From Nemertoderma westbladi (taxonomy: Eukaryota > Animalia > Xenacoelomorpha): a DNA stretch of 64,000 nucleotides. This document shows positions 18,001-29,400 of the stretch, piece after piece (position 1 is the first letter of the stretch; each line of letters begins with the position of its first letter). The stretch lies in assembly GCA_032718475.1 (NCBI GenBank), contig JAUCBJ010006783.1, positions 1-64,000 of the forward strand. The letters run 5' to 3'. The notes under the pieces were generated by a model. The model ran no database searches and was not told where the DNA came from. It saw nothing but the letters and a program-made list of their open reading frames with translations. A program made the position numbers and the translations under genes.

Positions 18001-20059
18001 ATAAATACAATAATGTTACATAAATACAATAATGTTACATAAACTAAACACAATAATGTTACATAAATACAATAATGTTACATAAATACAATAATGTTAC
18101 ATAAATACAATAATGTTACATAAATACAATAATGTTACATAAATACAATAATGTTACATAAATACAATAATGTTACATAAATACATTAATGTTACATAAA
18201 CACAATAATGCCACATAAATACAATAATGTTACATAAATACAATAATGTTACATAAATACAATAATGTTACATAAATACAATAATGTTACATAAATACAA
18301 TAATGTTACATAAATACAATAATGTTACATAAATACAATAATGTTACATAAATACAATAATGTTACATAAATACATTAATGTTACATAAACACAATAATG
18401 CCACATAAATACAATAATGTTACATAAATACAATAATGTTACATAAATACAATAATGTTACATAAATACAATAATGTTACATAAATACATTAATGTTACA
18501 TAAACACAATAATGCCACATAAATACAATAATGTTACATAAATACAATAATGTTACATAAATACAATAATGTTACATAAATACAATAATGTTACATAAAC
18601 ACAATAATGCCACATAAATACAATAATGTTACATAAATACAATAATGTTACATAAATACAATAATGTTACATAAATACAATAATGTTACATAAATACAAT
18701 AATGTTACATAAATACAATAATGTTACATAAATACAATAATGTTACATAAATACATTAATGTTACATAAACACAATAATGCCACATAAATACAATAATGT
18801 TACATAAATAAATACAATAATGTTACATAAATACAATAATGTTACATAAATACAATAATGTTACAGAAACACAATAATGTTACATAAATACAATAATGTT
18901 ACATAAATACAATAATGTTACATAAATACAATAATGTTACATAAACACAATTATGTTACATAAACACAATGTTACATAAATACAATAATGTTACATAAAT
19001 ACAATAATGTTACATAAATACAATAATGTTACATAAATACAATAATGCCACATAAATACAATAATGTTACATAAACACAATGTTACATAAACACAATGTT
19101 ACATAAACACAATGTTACATAAATACAATAATGTTACATAAATACAATTATGTTACATAAACACAATGTTACATAAATACAATAATGTTACATAAACACA
19201 ATAATGTTACATAAACACAATAATGTTACATAAACACAATAATGTTACATAAATACAATAATGTTACATAAATACAATAATGTTACATAAACACAATAAT
19301 GTTACATAAATACAATAATGTTACATAAACACAATAATGTTAAAGAAACACAATAATGTTACATAAATACAATAATGTTACATAAATACAATAATGTTAC
19401 ATAAATACAATAATGTTACATAAACACAATAATGTTAAAGAAACACAATAATGTTACATAAATACAATAATGTTACATAAATACAATAATGTTACATAAA
19501 TACAATAATGTTACATAAACACAATAATGTTAAAGAAACACAATAATGTTACATAAATACAATAATGTTACATAAATACAATAATGTTACATAAATACAA
19601 TAATGTTACATAAACACAATAATGTTACATAAATACAATAATGTTACATAAATACAATAATGTTACATAAATGCAATAATGTTACATAAATACAATAATG
19701 TTACATAAACACAATAATGTTACATAAATACAATAATGTTACATAAACACAATAATGTTAAAGAAACACAATAATGTTACATAAATACAATAATGTTACA
19801 TAAATACAATAATGTTACATAAACACAATAATGTTACATAAACACAATAATGTTACATAAACACAATGTTACATAAATACAATAATGTTACATAAATACA
19901 ATAATGTTACATAAATACAATAATGTTACATAAACATAATAGTGTTACATAAATACAATAATGTTACATAAATACAATAAATAATGCCACATAAATACAA
20001 TAATGTTACATAAATACAATAATGTTACATAAATACAATAATGTTACATAAATACAATG
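1..20059. repeat. 19-bp AT-rich tandem satellite (ACAATAATGTTACATAAAT)n, about 1050 units, runs off the left edge
   Basis: Directly visible. Nearly perfect to ~8860, then recurrent variants (TAAACA, TAAA duplication, ATTAAT, GCCAC, TAAAGAAAC, 16-bp deletion unit). Confidence 0.99.
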
Positions 20060-20170
20060 GCGTTTACGTTTACTTAAAATGGTCAAAAACTGCCTGATCA
20101 AAAAATAGTTTAAATAGTTTCATATCGAGCAGATGAAATAAATACAATTTAGAACACAATTGGTTTACAG

Positions 20171-20319
20171 GGAACACGATGAAATCAAAGAACATGCTGA
20201 CCAGGTGGATAAGACCCCGTTGTTAATGGCGACCGCTTCCATGTGGACCAGACCACAGCTCGGCGAGTTTAAAACAATGGTTAAATCCGACACAGAGAGT
20301 GTGCTTCGCATTGGTAGAG
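20171..20319 (+). CDS. ACBD3: Internal exon of an ACBD3/GCP60-like gene (start of the GOLD domain)
   Basis: Encodes ...MATASMWTRPQLGEFKTMVKSDTESVLRIGR-G, matching ACBD3 as I recall it (APSMWTRPQIKDFKEKI..D.DSVITVGRG). Acceptor TTTACAG at 20164-20170 (alternative CCAG at 20201-20204). Donor G|GTCAGT at 20320, phase 1. Confidence 0.9.
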
Positions 20320-20429
20320 GTCAGTCAGTATACTCGTATATGAGTTGATAATATTGTATGTAGTTGCTGAGTTTTAGCTCAAATTGATAAAGTTAAGTTA
20401 CCGATGATCGTGATAGTTGAACATGAAGG

Positions 20430-23400
20430 CTCACTATAGAGTAGTCTGGTTGGGTGGAGGGTGGGCTCACTGTAGAGTAGTCTGGTTGGTTGGAGGGTGG
20501 GCTCACTATAGAGTATGTCTGGTTGGGTGGAGGGTGGACTCACTAGAGTAGTCTGGTTGGGTGGGCTCACTATAGAGTAGTCTGGTTAGGTGGGCTCACT
20601 AGAGTAGTCTGGTTGTGTGGGCTCACTAGAGTAGTCTGGTTGGGTGGGCTCACTAGAGTAGTCTGGTTGGGTGGGCTCTCTAGAGTAGTCTGGTTAGGTG
20701 GGCTCACTAGAGTAGTCTGGTTGGGTGGGTCCACTAGAGTAGTCTGGTTGGGTGGGCTCACTAGAGTAGTCTGGTTGGGTGGGCTCATTAGAGTAGTCTG
20801 GTTGGGTGGGTCCACTAGAGTAGTCTGGTTGGGTGGGCTCACTAGAGTAGTCTGGTTGGGTGGGTCCACTAGAGTAGTCTGGTTGGGTGGGCTCACTAGA
20901 GTAGTCTGGTTGGGTGGGCTCACTAGAGTAGTCTGGTTGGTTGGGCTCACTAGAGTATTCTGGTTGTGTGGGCTCACTAAGAGTAGTCTGGTTGGGTGCG
21001 CTCACTAAAGTAGTCGGGTTGGGTGGGCTCACTAGAGTAGTCTGGTTGGGTGGGCTCACTAGAGTAGTCTGGTTGGGTGGGCTCACTAGTGTAGTCTGGT
21101 TGGGTGGGTCCACTAGAGTAGTCTGGTTGGGTGGGCTCACTAGAGTAGTCTGTTTGGGTGGGCTCACTAGAGTAGTCTGGTTGGGTGGGTCCACTAGAGT
21201 AGTCTGGTTGGTTGGGCTCACTAGAGTACTCTGGTTGGGTGGGCTCACTAGAGTAGTCTGGTTGGGTGGGCTCATTAGAGTAGTCTGGTTGGGTGGACTC
21301 ACTAGAGTAGTCTGGTTTGGTGAGCTCACAGAGTAGTCTGGTTGGGTGGGCTGACTACAGAGTAGTCTGGTTGGGTGGGCTCACTAGAGCAATCTGGTTG
21401 GGTGGGCTCACTACAGTAGTCTGGTTGGGTGGGCTCACTAGAGTAGTCTGGTTGGTTGGGTGGGTTTACTAGAGTAGTCTGGTTGGGTGGGCTCACTAGA
21501 GTAGTCTGGTTGGGTGGGCTCACTATAGAGTAATCGGTAGGGTGGGCTCACTAGAGTAGTCTGTTGGGTGGGCTCACTAGAGTAGTCTGGTTGTGTGTGC
21601 TCACTAGAGTAGTCTGGTTGGGTGGGCTCACTAGAGTAGTCTGGTTGGGTGGGCTCACTAGAGTAGTCTGGTTGGTTGGGCTCACTAGAGTATTCTGGTT
21701 GTGTGGGCTCACTAAGAGTAGACTGGTTGGGTGCGCTCACTAAAGTAGTCGGGTTGGGTGGGCTCACTAGAGTAGTCTGGTTGGGTGGGCTCACTAGAGT
21801 AGTCTGGTTGGGTGGGCTCACTAGAGTAGTCTGGTTGGGTGGGTCCACTAGAGTAGTCTGGTTGGGTGGGCTTACTAGAGTAGTCTGTTTGGGTGGGCTC
21901 ACTAGAGTAGTCTGGTTGGGTGGGTCCACTAGAGTAGTCTGGTTGGTTGGGCTCACTAGAGTAGTCTGGTTGGGTGGGCTCACTAGAGTAGTCTGGTTGG
22001 GTGGGCTCATTAGAGTAGTCTGGTTGGGTGGACTCACTAGAGTAGTCTGGTTTGGTGAGCTCACAGAGTAGTCTGGTTGGGTGGGCTGACTACAGAGTAG
22101 TCTGGTTGGGTGGGCTCACTAGAGCAATCTGGTTGGGTGGGCTCACTACAGTAGTCTGGTTGGGTGGGCTCACTAGAGTAGTCTGGTTGGTTGGGTGGGT
22201 TTACTAGAGTAGTCTGGTTGGGTGGGCTCACTAGAGTAGTCTGGTTGGGTGGGCTCACTATAGAGTAATCGGTTGGGTGGGCTCACTAGAGTAGTCTGTT
22301 GGGTGGGCTCACTAGAGTAGTCTGGTTGTGTGTGCTCACTAGAGTAGTCTGGTTGGGTGGGCTCACTAGAGTAGTCTGGTTGGGTGGGCTCACTAGAGTA
22401 GTCGGCTGGGTGGGCTCACTAGAGTAGTCTGGTTGTGTGGGCTCACTAGAGTAGTCTAGTTGGGTGGGCTCACTAGAGTAGTCTGGTTGGGTGGGCTCAC
22501 TAGATTAGTCTGGTTGGGTGGGCTCACTAGATTAGTTTGGTTGGGTGGGCTCACTAGAGTAGTCTGGTTGGGTGGGCTCACAGAGTAGTCTGGTTGGGTG
22601 GGCTCACTACAGAGTAGTCTGGTTGGGTGGGCTCACTAGAGCAATCTGGTTGGGTGGGCTCACTAGAATAGTCTGGTTGCGTGGGCTCACTAGAGTAGTC
22701 TGGTTAGGTGGGCTCACTAGAGTAGTCTGGTTGTGTGGGCTCACTAGAGTAGTCTGGTTGGGTGGGCTCACTAGAGTAGTCTGGTTGGGTGGGCTCAGTA
22801 GAGTAGTCTGGTTGGGTGGGCTCACTAGAGTAGTCTGGTTGGGTGGGCTCACTAGAGTAGTCTGGTTGGGTGGGTCCACTAGAGTAGTCTGGTTGGGTGG
22901 GCTCACTAGAGTAGTCTGGTTGGGTGGGCTCACTAGAGTAGTCTGGTTGGGTGGGTCCACTAGAGTAGTCTGGTTGGGTGGGCTCACTAGAGTAGTCTGT
23001 TTGGGTGGGTCCACTAGAGTAGTCTGGTTTGGTGGGTGGGTTCACTAGAGTAGTCTGGTTGGGTGGGCTCACTAGAGTAGTCTGGTTGGGTGGGCTCACT
23101 AGAGTAGTCTGGTTAGGTGGGCTCACTAGAGTAGTATGGTTGGGTGGGTCCACTAGAGTAGTCTGGTTGGGTGGGCTCACTAGAGTAGTCTGGTTGGGTG
23201 GGCTCACTAGAGTAGTCTGGTTGTGTGGGTCCACTAGAGTAGTCTGGTTGGGTGGGCTCACTAGAGTAGTCTGGTTGGGTGAGTCCACTAGAGTAGTCTG
23301 GTTGGGGGGGGCTCACTAGAGTAGTCTGGTTGGGTGGGCTCACTAGAGTAGTCTGGTTGGTTGGGCTCACTAGAGTAGTCTGGTTGTGTGGGCTCACTAA

Positions 23401-26400
23401 GAGTAGTCTGGTTGGGTGCGCTCACTAAAGTAGTCGGGTTGGGTGGGCTCACTAGAGTAGTCTGGTTGGGTGGGCTCACTAGAGTAGTCTGGTTGGGTGG
23501 GCTCACTAGAGTAGTCTGGTTGGGTGGGTCCACTAGAGTAGTCTGGTTGGGTGGGCTCACTAGAGTAGTGTGTTTGGGTGGGCTCACTAGAGTAGTCTGG
23601 TTGGGTGGGTCCACTAGAGTAGTCTGGTTGGTTGGGCTCACTAGAGAAGTCTGGTTGGGTGGGCTCACTAGAGTAGTCTGGTTGGGTGGGTCCACTAGAG
23701 TAGTCTGGTTGGGTGGGCTCACTAGAGTAGTCTGGTTGGGTGGGCTCACTAGAGTAGTCTGGTTGGGTGGGTCCACTAGAGTAGTCTGGTTGGGTGGGCT
23801 CACTAGAGTAGTCTGGTTGGGTGGGTCCACTAGAGTAGTCTGGTTGGGTGGGCTCACTAGAGTAGTCTGGTTGGGTGGACTCACAGAGTAGTCTGGTTGG
23901 GTGGGCTCACTACAGAGTAGTCTGGTTGGGTGGGCTCACTAGAGCAATCTGGTTGGGTGGACTCACTAGAGCAATCTGGTCGGGTGGGCTCACTGGAGTA
24001 GTCTGGTTGGGTGGGCTCACTAGATTAGTCTGGTTAGGTGGGCTCATTATAGTAGTCTGGTTGGGTGACTCACTAGAGTAGTCTGGTTTGGTGGGCTCAC
24101 TAGAGTAGTCTGGTTGGGTGGGCTCACTAGAGTAGTCTGGTTGGGTGGGTCCACTAGAGTAGTCTGGTTGGGTGGGCTCACTAGAGTAGTCTGGTTGGGT
24201 GGGTCCACTAGAGTAGTCTGGTTGGGTGGGCTCACTAGAGTAGTCTGGTTGGGTGGACTCACTAGAGTAGTCTGGTTTGGTGAGCTCACAGAGTAGTCTG
24301 GTTGGGTGGGCTCACTACAGAGTAGTCTGGTTGGGTGGGCTCACTATAGCAATCTGGTTGGGTGGACTCACTGGAGCAATCTGGTTGGGTGGGCTCACTA
24401 GAATAGTCTGGTTGCGTGGGCTCACTAGAGTAGTCTGGTTGGGTGGGCTCACTAGAGTAGTCTGGTTGGGTGGGTCCACTAGAGTAGTCTGGTTGGGTGG
24501 GCTCACTAGAGTAGTCTGGTTGGGTGGGTCCACTAGAGTAGTCTGGTTGGGTGGGCTCACTAGAGTAGTCTGGTTGGGTGGGCTCACTAGAGTAGTCTGG
24601 TTGGGTGGGCTCACAGAGTAGTCTGGTTGGGTGGGCTCACTACAGAGTAGTCTGGTTGGGTGGGCTCACTAGAGCAATCTGGTTGGGTGGGCTCACTAGA
24701 ATAGTCTGGTTGCGTGGGCTCACTAGAGTAGTCTGGTTAGGTGGGCTCACTAGAGTAGTCTGGTTGTGTGGGCTCACTAGAGTAGTCTGGTTGGGTGGGC
24801 TCACTAGAGTAGTCTGGTTGGGTGCGCTCACTAAAGTAGTCGGGTTGGGTGGGCTCACTAGAGTAGTCTGGTTGGGTGGGCTCACTAGAGTAGTCTGGTT
24901 GGGTGGGCTCACTAGAGTAGTCTGGTTGGGTGGGTCCACTAGAGTAGTCTGGTTGGGTGGGCTCACTAGAGTAGTCTGTTTGGGTGGGCTCACTAGAGTA
25001 GTCTGGTTGGGTGGGTCCACTAGAGTAGTCTGGTTGGTTGGGCTCACTAGAGAAGTCTGGTTGGGTGGGCTCACTAGAGTAGTCTGGTTGGGTGGGCTCA
25101 CTAGAGTAGTCTGGTTGGGTGGGTCCACTAGAGTAGTCTGGTTGGGTGGGCTCACTAGAGTAGTCTGGTTGGGTGGGCTCACTAGAGTAGTCTGGTTGGG
25201 TGGGTCCACTAGAGTAGTCTGGTTGGGTGGGCTCACTAGAGTAGTCTGGTTGGGTGGGTCCACTAGAGTAGTCTGGTTGGGTGGGCTCACTAGAGTAGTC
25301 TGGTTGTGTGGGCTCACTAGAGTAGTCTGGTTAGGTGGGCTCACTAGAGTAGTCTGGTTGTGTGGGCTCACTAGAGTAGTCTGGTTGGGTGGGCTCACTA
25401 GAGTAGTCTGGTTGGGTGGGCTCTCTAGAGTAGTCTGGTTAGGTGGGCTCACTAGAGTAGTCTGGTTGGGTGGGTCCACTAGAGTAGTCTGGTTGGGTGG
25501 GCTCACTAGAGTAGTCTGGTTGGGTGGGCTCATTAGAGTAGTCTGGTTGGGTGGGTCCACTAGAGTAGTCTGGTTGGTTGGGCTCACTAGAGTACTCTGG
25601 TTGGGTGGGCTCACTAGAGTAGTCTGGTTGGGTGGGCTCATTAGAGTAGTCTGGTTGGGTGGACTCACTAGAGTAGTCTGGTTTGGTGAGCTCACAGAGT
25701 AGTCTGGTTGGGTGGGCTGACTACAGAGTAGTCTGGTTGGGTGGGCTCACTAGAGCAATCTGGTTGGGTGGGCTCACTACAGTAGTCTGGTTGGGTGGGC
25801 TCACTAGAGTAGTCTGGTTGATTGGGTGGGTTTACTAGAGTAGTCTGGTTGGGTGGGCTCACTAGAGTAGTCTGGTTGGGTGGGCTCACTATAGAGTAAT
25901 CGGTTGGGTGGGCTCACTAGAGTAGTCTGTTGGGTGGGCTCACTAGAGTAGTCTGGTTGTGTGTGCTCACTAGAGTAGTCTGGTTGGGTGGGCTCACTAG
26001 AGTAGTCTGGTTGGGTGGGCTCACTAGAGTAGTCTGGTTGGTTGGGCTCACTAGAGTATTCTGGTTGTGTGGGCTCACTAAGAGTAGTCTGGTTGGGTGC
26101 GCTCACTAAAGTAGTCGGGTTGGGTGGGCTCACTAGAGTAGTCTGGTTGGGTGGGCTCACTAGAGTAGTCTGGTTGGGTGGGCTCACTAGAGTAGTCTGG
26201 TTGGGTGGGTCCACTAGAGTAGTCTGGTTGGGTGGGCTCACTAGAGTAGTCTGTTTGGGTGGGCTCACTAGAGTAGTCTGGTTGGGTGGGTCCACTAGAG
26301 TAGTCTGGTTGGTTGGGCTCACTAGAGTAGTCTGGTTGGGTGGGCTCACTAGAGTAGTCTGGTTGGGTGGGCTCATTAGAGTAGTCTGGTTGGGTGGACT

Positions 26401-29400
26401 CACTAGAGTAGTCTGGTTTGGTGAGCTCACAGAGTAGTCTGGTTGGGTGGGCTGACTACAGAGTAGTCTGGTTGGGTGGGCTCACTAGAGCAATCTGGTT
26501 GGGTGGGCTCACTACAGTAGTCTGGTTGGGTGGGCTCACTAGAGTAGTCTGGTTGGTTGGGTGGGTTTACTAGAGTAGTCTGGTTGGGTGGGCTCACTAG
26601 AGTAGTCTGGTTGGGTGGGCTCACTATAGAGTAATCGGTTGGGTGGGCTCACTAGAGTAGTCTGTTGGGTGGGCTCACTAGAGTAGTCTGGTTGTGTGTG
26701 CTCACTAGAGTAGTCTGGTTGGGTGGGCTCACTAGAGTAGTCTGGTTGGGTGGGCTCACTAGAGTAGTCTGGCTGGGTGGGCTCACTAGAGTAGTCTGGT
26801 TGTGTGGGCTCACTAGAGTAGTCTGGTTGGGTGGGCTCACTAGAGTAGTCTGGTTGGGTGGGCTCACTAGAGTAGTCTGGTTGGGTGGGCTCACTAGATT
26901 AGTCTGGTTGGGTGGGCTCACTAGAGTAGTCTGGTTGGGTGGGCTCACAGAGTAGTCTGGTTGGGTGGGCTCACTACAGAGTAGTCTGGTTGGGTGGGCT
27001 CACTAGAGCAATCTGGTTGGGTGGGCTCACTAGAATAGTCTGGTTGCGTGGGCTCACTAGAGTAGTCTGGTTAGGTGGGCTCACTAGAGTAGTCTGGTTG
27101 TGTGGGCTCACTAGAGTAGTCTGGTTGGGTGGGCTCACTAGAGTAGTCTGGTTGGGTGGGCTCACTAGAGTAGTCTGGTTGGGTGGGCTCACTAGAGTAG
27201 TCTGGTTGGGTGGGCTCACTAGAGTAGTCTGGTTGGGTGGGTCCACTAGAGTAGTCTGGTTGGGTGGGCTCACTAGAGTAGTCTGGTTGGGTGGGCTCAC
27301 TAGAGTAGTCTGGTTGGGTGGGTCCACTAGAGTAGTCTGGTTGGGTGGGCTCACTAGAGTAGTCTGTTTGGGTGGGTCCACTAGAGTAGTCTGGTTGGTG
27401 GGTGGGTTCACTAGAGTAGTCTGGTTGGGTGGGCTCACTAGAGTAGTCTGGTTGGGTGGGCTCACTAGAGTAGTCTGGTTAGGTGGGCTCACTAGAGTAG
27501 TATGGTTGGGTGGGTCCACTAGAGTAGTCTGGTTGGGTGGGCTCACTAGAGTAGTCTGGTTGGGTGGGCTCACTAGAGTAGTCTGGTTGGGTGGGTCCAC
27601 TAGAGTAGTCTGGTTGGGTGGGCTCACTAGAGTAGTCTGGTTGGGTGAGTCCACTAGAGTAGTCTGGTTGGGTGGGCTCACTAGAGTAGTCTGGTTGGGT
27701 GGGCTCACTAGAGTAGTCTGGTTGGTTGGGCTCACTAGAGTAGTCTGGTTGGGTGGGCTCACTAGAGTAGTCTGGTTGGGTGGGCTCACTAGAGTAGTCT
27801 GGTTGGGTGGGCTCACTAGAGTAGTCTGGTTGGGTGGGTCCACTAGAGTAGTCTGGTTGGGTGGGCTCACTAGAGTAGTCTGGTTGGGTGGGCTCACTAG
27901 AGTAGTCTGGTTGGGTGGGTCCACTAGAGTAGTCTGGTTGGGTGGGCTCACTAGAGTAGTCTGGTTGGGTGGGCTCACTAGAGTAGTCTGGTTGGGTGGG
28001 CTCACTAGAGTAGTCTGGTTGGGTGGGTCCACTAGAGTAGTCTGGTTGGGTGGGCTCACTAGAGTAGTCTGGTTGGGTGGGCTCACTAGAGTAGTCTGGT
28101 TGGGTGGGTCCACTAGAGTAGTCTGGTTGGGTGGGCTCACTAGAGTAGTCTGGTTGGGTGGGTCCACTAGAGTAGTCTGGTTGGGTGGGCTCACTAGAGT
28201 AGTCTGGTTGGGTGGACTCACTAGAGTAGTCTGGTTGGGTGGGCTCACTACAGAGTAGTCTGGTTGGGTGGGCTCACTAGAGCAATCTGGTTGGGTGGAC
28301 TCACTAGAGCAATCTGGTCGGGTGGGCTCACTGGAGTAGTCTGGTTGGGTGGGCTCACTAGATTAGTCTGGTTAGGTGGGCTCATTATAGTAGTCTGGTT
28401 GGGTGACTCACTAGAGTAGTCTGGTTGGGTGGGCTCACTAGAGTAGTCTGGTTGGGTGGGCTCACTAGAGTAGTCTGGTTGGGTGGGTCCACTAGAGTAG
28501 TCTGGTTGGGTGGGCTCACTAGAGTAGTCTGGTTGGGTGGGTCCACTAGAGTAGTCTGGTTGGGTGGGCTCACTAGAGTAGTCTGGTTGGGTGGACTCAC
28601 TAGAGTAGTCTGGTTTGGTGAGCTCACAGAGTAGTCTGGTTGGGTGGGCTCACTACAGAGTAGTCTGGTTGGGTGGGCTCACTATAGCAATCTGGTTGGG
28701 TGGACTCACTGGAGCAATCTGGTTGGGTGGGCTCACTAGAATAGTCTGGTTGCGTGGGCTCACTAGAGTAGTCTGGTTGGGTGGGCTCACTAGAGTAGTC
28801 TGGTTGGGTGGGTCCACTAGAGTAGTCTGGTTGGGTGGGCTCACTAGAGTAGTCTGGTTGGGTGGGTCCACTAGAGTAGTCTGGTTGGGTGGGCTCACTA
28901 GAGTAGTCTGGTTGGGTGGGCTCACTAGAGTAGTCTGGTTGGGTGGGCTCACAGAGTAGTCTGGTTGGGTGGGCTCACTACAGAGTAGTCTGGTTGGGTG
29001 GGCTCACTAGAGCAATCTGGTTGGGTGGGCTCACTAGAATAGTCTGGTTGCGTGGGCTCACTAGAGTAGTCTGGTTAGGTGGGCTCACTAGAGTAGTCTG
29101 GTTGTGTGGGCTCACTAGAGTAGTCTGGTTGGGTGGGCTCACTAGAGTAGTCTGGTTGGGTGCGCTCACTAAAGTAGTCGGGTTGGGTGGGCTCACTAGA
29201 GTAGTCTGGTTGGGTGGGCTCACTAGAGTAGTCTGGTTGGGTGGGCTCACTAGAGTAGTCTGGTTGGGTGGGTCCACTAGAGTAGTCTGGTTGGGTGGGC
29301 TCACTAGAGTAGTCTGTTTGGGTGGGCTCACTAGAGTAGTCTGGTTGGGTGGGTCCACTAGAGTAGTCTGGTTGGTTGGGCTCACTAGAGAAGTCTGGTT

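Noticed and set aside
1-20059. 19-mer as a centromere
   Set aside because: Cannot be supported from sequence alone. It lies 111 bp from a coding exon and would need CENP-A data.
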